NCBI GenBank assembly: GCA_013166775.1
Contig: JABLTJ010000012.1
Span: forward strand, 1-64,000
Reading direction: 5' to 3'
Length of the DNA: 64,000 bases
Source of the DNA: Promethearchaeati archaeon
GTDB lineage: Archaea > Asgardarchaeota > Heimdallarchaeia > Heimdallarchaeales > Heimdallarchaeaceae
Every line of letters starts with the position of its first letter. Position 1 is the stretch's first letter. Below the pieces are notes generated by a model. It was not told the DNA's origin and made no database searches. It saw only the letters and a program-made list of their open reading frames with translations. This document shows, in pieces, positions 59,187 through 64,000 of this stretch. The translations under genes and the position numbers were made by a program.

Positions 59187-60112
59187 TTATTTTTTAGACT
59201 TCTTGAAAGAAGATGTTGTTTTAAGCACAAAGAAAGTAGCAACGCTGAGAATTATTTGAAATCCTCCAAGAATTCCTGCTAAGACAAGAATTTCTCCCAT
59301 TCGTAATGCTTTAAAGAAACCTAATCCAGATACGTCATCATTTATTACTATAGAATTTACATTAGACGAATCACTTTCTCCAAAATCATTTTTAGCTACA
59401 ATTGAATAATAATAGGTACCGGTTTCATTGATGGTATCGAAAAAACTACTAGTAGTTACAGAAGCAATAGGAGTCAAACTTGAGATTGACCAAATGTAAA
59501 CTTCTTCTCTATAGATATCGTAATCTGTTGCACTTAGGGAATCACTCCAATCAACACTCAAATCACCAAGTGGTGCAGGATTTTGAGTAAATGGAGCTAA
59601 AATAGGTATTTCTGGTGGTTCTACTAGCTTATTATAGAAAACATCCCATTCAGATCCAGCACTTAAAACATCTTCATAATCTGTCCATACTACATGTATA
59701 TTTCCAAGAGAATCAATTGCTAGCCGAGGAGCTTCATTAGTTACAGTACTTTCAGTAGAAACAAGCTCAAAACTAGACCAGGTTTCAGATGCATAATCCC
59801 AATTCATATAAAAAATATCAACATCTGAACCTGAACCTGCAAGATCATTTGTATAATCTTGCCAAACAATGTGAATATTGTTTGAATCATCAATTATCAT
59901 CTCTACATTAAAAGCATTCGCATCTCCTTCAGTTAAAACTTCAATATCTGTCCAGAACCAATTAGAATAATCAACACTGCTTAAAGATATTTCAGAGTTT
60001 TCGTCACCTGCATAAGCTAAAATATTACTAGAGTAAATTAGGGGAGAGATAAGAATAACAAAACAAAAATCTGTAAGAATCTTTTTTTCAGAATAAACAC
60101 CAATATCGACAT
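59187..60112 (-). pseudogene. Shortened, 5'-frameshifted paralog of the beta-propeller surface protein (paralog C)
   Basis: Frame of 59187..59900 continues upstream through SNWFWTDIEVLT and a hydrophobic stretch without a start codon; ATG 60112 (MSILVFILKKRFLQIFVLL) is in another frame; only about 2 blades remain. Confidence 0.6.
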
Positions 60113-60226
60113 GGCTGCCTCTAATCTAAAAAGATTATTCACAAAGAAAAAGAGAAATTTTGATTGGATTCCTATATTCGAAAGAGTAATATTATTAAAT
60201 AACATAATGATGTTTATCTGATAATA

Positions 60227-61459
60227 TTGAAAAAAATTATTAAAGCAGCTCCTGATTATTTACCTTTAAGTATTCTTGAATTTATAAGACATTTTGCTAA
60301 TCTTCTTACTCGAAAAAAGTATAACCTCTGGATAAATTACGACTATTATACAAAGATAATAGGATATTCATGCAGGTCACTATTTGAAGTTTGTATGGAG
60401 TATTTTCACAAAGATGATTTAACAATCGCTACCTCACCTTTACATCACACTTCTTTTAGAAATATAATTGAAAGATTTGTAAAGCCTGAAAATATACACA
60501 TAATCAAGTTAAATAGTAATTATAATGAAATTGAAAAAATTCCTGAAATGGAAAAATGCGATTTAGTAATTATAACTCACTTATTTGGTCAAGACATGGA
60601 TTTATCTTGTTTATTAGAATTTAAAGAAAAACATAACTGTATAATTATAGAAGATAGAGTTCAAGGTGGAACTCTTGATTTAGAATTCAGTACCGATATT
60701 GTTGATATCTCTCTTTATTCAATGGCTATGGATAAAAGACCTGTTGCTCTAGGGGGAGGATTCATGAATATTATTAATAAACGTGAAAAGTTAATTGAAG
60801 ATGCAAAAAAAAGGATTGAAACATTACCAAGAGAAAAAAGAAGGAAGAGGTTTTTTGATTTACTAAAAAAAATCCCTACTTATATAATATATAATAGTAG
60901 AACGTTTCTATTCATAGTTATGAATATAATCAGATTTCTAAGTGTTTTTAGTAGAAGAATAAGTTTATTGAAAATTACCATATCTTATAGAACTAAAAAT
61001 CCAGGTTTTAGTCATTTTGATTATATGCTGAAACCATCAAATGCGTTATTAAAATCAATGTTTAAAAAATTTGAAAACTATGAGAAAATGGAAAAATTAT
61101 ATAGAGAGAAATTTACACTTTTCTTTAATTGTTTTTCTCCAAATATAATTTCCTACTTCTTCCCATGGATTAAGGATTATGCCTGTCTAACACCATATAA
61201 TACCATTTTGATAGAAGAACATCTAGTAGATCAATTTCTCGAATTTTTAAATAATGATTTTGTGTTTTGTATCCCTAAACCTACTTATAAAGTGTTTAAT
61301 TTTTCTTATGAGAATGATTCAATAGATAAGAAATTCAATATTGGAATAATATATCTCCCTTCACTTGCAAATATGAAACTGAAAGAGATTAAATATCTAT
61401 CTAGTAAAGTAAAGGAATTTTATGATACAATTTATTCTGAGAAAGAAAAGAAAAAATAG
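60227..61459 (+). CDS. DegT/DnrJ/EryC1/StrS-like PLP-dependent protein (divergent)
   Basis: ITHLFGQ, IIEDRVQ, YSMAMDKRPVALGGG, IIYLP. Confidence 0.65.
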   Translation: MKKIIKAAPDYLPLSILEFIRHFANLLTRKKYNLWINYDYYTKIIGYSCRSLFEVCMEYFHKDDLTIATSPLHHTSFRNIIERFVKPENIHIIKLNSNYNEIEKIPEMEKCDLVIITHLFGQDMDLSCLLEFKEKHNCIIIEDRVQGGTLDLEFSTDIVDISLYSMAMDKRPVALGGGFMNIINKREKLIEDAKKRIETLPREKRRKRFFDLLKKIPTYIIYNSRTFLFIVMNIIRFLSVFSRRISLLKITISYRTKNPGFSHFDYMLKPSNALLKSMFKKFENYEKMEKLYREKFTLFFNCFSPNIISYFFPWIKDYACLTPYNTILIEEHLVDQFLEFLNNDFVFCIPKPTYKVFNFSYENDSIDKKFNIGIIYLPSLANMKLKEIKYLSSKVKEFYDTIYSEKEKKK

Positions 61460-61670
61460 AAACGGTTTTTCAATATTTTCAATTGTATAAGGAGTTTTCT
61501 AAGTGAGATTATTTGTTAAGATTTTACTTTTCCTTCTATTTCTTCTTTTTCTCATAACGTAAATTGTTCTTATAATTGTTTAAATTTTTAGTTCAAAATT
61601 CCTTGTTTAGTTCCCATTTAAAAGGGAAAAGATGAAGTATAGGTTATATATCAACACAGAAAGCTTTATC

Positions 61671-62270
61671 TTATTTCTTCGCTTTTAGGAGATACCAGTG
61701 TTTATGAATTTCTGTTAATTTCACTTTGAATCCTATAGCTTGAAGCATTTCTTTAGTTAACTCTGCATTCTGTTTTTTTGATGGCACACCATAAGCTGTT
61801 CTAACAGCTGTTTTATCTGGAAAAATAACCTTTATCTTAATCAGAAAAACACCTTCTTCTTTTGCAATAGATGCATCCCATATCCAAAATTCTCCTTTTT
61901 GAGAAATGACTCTATAGACTTCTTTGAACACTTCTCTTTTATCCTCGTTTGACATGTACATGATACTGAAAAAAGCTGTTGCGCTATCAAATTGTCCATC
62001 AGAGAATTTCAGATTTCTTGCATCAGCTAGTATCCATTTAGCTTCTGGAGCTTTATGTTGAGCTTCATCTATTTCACTTTGAAGTTTATCTACAACTGTA
62101 ATTCTGTCTCTTCCAATTTGTGCAATGATTCCTTCTCCACCTCCACCAATGTCAATAACAGAATTTTCTGGGATCGATTTGATTTCTATTTTGTGTGTTC
62201 TTTTTATTAATAGCTGAAGGATAAACTTTGCATAATTGGATTTCTTAGATTTTTTCGGAGGTGTAGTCAT
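61671..62270 (-). CDS. Class I SAM-dependent methyltransferase
   Basis: VIDIGGGGEG, ADARNLKF.DGQFD, EVYRVI..KGEFWIWD. Confidence 0.85.
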   Translation of the reverse strand: MTTPPKKSKKSNYAKFILQLLIKRTHKIEIKSIPENSVIDIGGGGEGIIAQIGRDRITVVDKLQSEIDEAQHKAPEAKWILADARNLKFSDGQFDSATAFFSIMYMSNEDKREVFKEVYRVISQKGEFWIWDASIAKEEGVFLIKIKVIFPDKTAVRTAYGVPSKKQNAELTKEMLQAIGFKVKLTEIHKHWYLLKAKK

Positions 62271-62515
62271 ATTGAAAGATAATTAATTCAGCTTAAAATT
62301 CTTTCTCATTATTTTGTAATGTTTCAAGCTGATTAGCTTATTATTTCATGAAGCTAATAGAGAGATTAAGATTAGTATTAACATTATCATTTTGTTAGTT
62401 TTAATAATATCACATCTAACAAATCATGAATTTTATTTCACAATATATAAAGATATCTTGGACAAAATGAGATAGAAAAAAAAGAGCTCCCGTTAAGAAT
62501 GAAAGAGAAGAAGAA

Positions 62516-64000
62516 TTACTTCTTCTTTCCACTTTTAGGTCTACTTGTGGATTGAATTTTACTACTTAGAAGAGCGTATGTAAGAACAGAGAATATCAAC
62601 TGAAATCCCAGAACTATTCCTGCAAATACAAGTATCTCACTAAGCTCAAGTGAAGCGAAGAATCCTGTACCTCTTACTACTTCAACAAACACAGTGTTTG
62701 AAATAAGACTATCTCCATAGTCATTTGTAGCAACAATTGCGTAATAGTAGATGCCTGTGGTATCAACTGTATCAGTGAAGTATGAATTATTAGTCGTAGC
62801 TATTGGGATTAATCCTGTAACTGAAGAGAATGGAGAAGTTTCTCTGTAGATTGAGAAGTTTTTAGCACCTTGTATTGCTGACCAACTCAAAGCAATGTTT
62901 CCAACAGAGCTTGGATTTGGATTTATTTCTTCTAAGATAGGTTGCATCGGAGCTCCTACAAATTTCTTGTAAAAGAGATCTTGATCGGGACCAGCTCCTA
63001 ATATTGAAGAAGTATCAAGAAATATCATATGCACATGACCTAGTGAATCAACAGCTAAAACGGGGAATGAAGCTATTCCTTCATGATCATATGTAAGAAC
63101 ACTTAGGGACGACCAAATATTTGTATTTAAATCAAGATATTTGAAAAATATGTTATCGTTGGAACTTGGACCTCCAACATCTGTAGTGTCTTGCCAAGCT
63201 AAGTAGAGATAATCTGTACCATCGATTTCGATTTCTAAGTTCCAAGAATTTCCAGTACTCTCAGTTGAGATAACATCTGTTATAGACCAAGAATTTGAAT
63301 TGGGATTATACTTCCTGTGAAAGATATCAAAATCTACTCCAGAATCTAAATAATCTGTATAATCGTACCAAACAAGATGAATCATACCATCAGTACTTGT
63401 TGACATTTTGGCTTTGTATGATTCACCATCGCTAACAGAACTGATTAGTTGAGTTGAAGACCATGTCGTAAGATCGCTATCAAGTTTTCTAAAGAATATA
63501 TCTGTATCTGCTCCAGCGGCTATAATATTTGTAGAATCATGCCAAGCAATAATTATGTTCTCTTGAGAATCAAGTTGAATTTCTGGGAGATACGCATTCA
63601 TTGTACTCAGATCAGAAACCATTTCAGCAACTGACCATACTCCCGCTGCTGTTCTATATTTGTAAAGTATATCTTGATCAGCATCAGCATCAATGAAAGT
63701 CGCAGGATCTTCCCATACTACATGAGCAAAACCATTGGAATCAGCAACAATTGCTAAGTAAACAGAAACATCGACACTTTCCGTTGAAACAACTTCTACT
63801 ACACCCCATCCTGAGGAGGTTTTCTGTCTATAAAATATATCTGGATCTAATCCTGAACTTAAGATATCGTCTCCTTCACGCCAAGCAATATGCACTGTTC
63901 CTAAAGGATCAACAGCAATCACTGATATTTCAGAATAATCTGAACTACCTTCAGATACAAGTTCTAATTCTGACCAGCTTTTAAGCTCATAATCATATTT
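62516..64000 (-). CDS. Surface-anchored beta-propeller repeat protein (paralog D), 5' end outside the window
   Basis: Same repeat family; frame open to 64000 (KYDYELKSWSELELVSE...). Confidence 0.8.
   Translation of the reverse strand, partial: KYDYELKSWSELELVSEGSSDYSEISVIAVDPLGTVHIAWREGDDILSSGLDPDIFYRQKTSSGWGVVEVVSTESVDVSVYLAIVADSNGFAHVVWEDPATFIDADADQDILYKYRTAAGVWSVAEMVSDLSTMNAYLPEIQLDSQENIIIAWHDSTNIIAAGADTDIFFRKLDSDLTTWSSTQLISSVSDGESYKAKMSTSTDGMIHLVWYDYTDYLDSGVDFDIFHRKYNPNSNSWSITDVISTESTGNSWNLEIEIDGTDYLYLAWQDTTDVGGPSSNDNIFFKYLDLNTNIWSSLSVLTYDHEGIASFPVLAVDSLGHVHMIFLDTSSILGAGPDQDLFYKKFVGAPMQPILEEINPNPSSVGNIALSWSAIQGAKNFSIYRETSPFSSVTGLIPIATTNNSYFTDTVDTTGIYYYAIVATNDYGDSLISNTVFVEVVRGTGFFASLELSEILVFAGIVLGFQLIFSVLTYALLSSKIQSTSRPKSGKKK

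Noticed and set aside
1-64000. tRNA, rRNA, IS elements, integrases, proviral genes
   Set aside because: No GC-rich structured RNA-like stretches, terminal inverted repeats or transposase/integrase/capsid motifs seen by eye; small ncRNAs cannot be excluded without a covariance-model search

Overview
AT-rich archaeal chromosomal segment, densely coding, with no rRNA, tRNA, CRISPR array, transposase or integrase that I can see. Gene content (two-domain gelsolin, longin/roadblock-like domains, TPR-longin fusion, PARP-type zinc finger, histone, paralogous beta-propeller surface proteins) points to an Asgard archaeon, probably Heimdallarchaeia (inference). Housekeeping and transport genes include ltaE, a beta-CASP nuclease, two UDP-glucose dehydrogenases, an HD phosphohydrolase, a heterodimeric ABC exporter with a PadR regulator, nhaA, MscS, corA, pgk, an SLC13/ArsB permease and a type VII (LolD/FtsX-like) ABC system. 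The standout is the otherwise unannotatable ORF at about 1582-2526. It has the architecture of a eukaryotic WASP/WAVE/WASH-type actin nucleation-promoting factor: a BRK1/CCDC53-like N-terminal coiled coil, a Pro/Ala-rich linker built from perfect tandem repeats, two WH2-like motifs, and a central helix followed by an acidic tract (VCA-like). A gelsolin with an extra WH2-like motif and a basic-aromatic tail lies 20 kb away. All assignments come from motif recognition by eye; no database searches were run.
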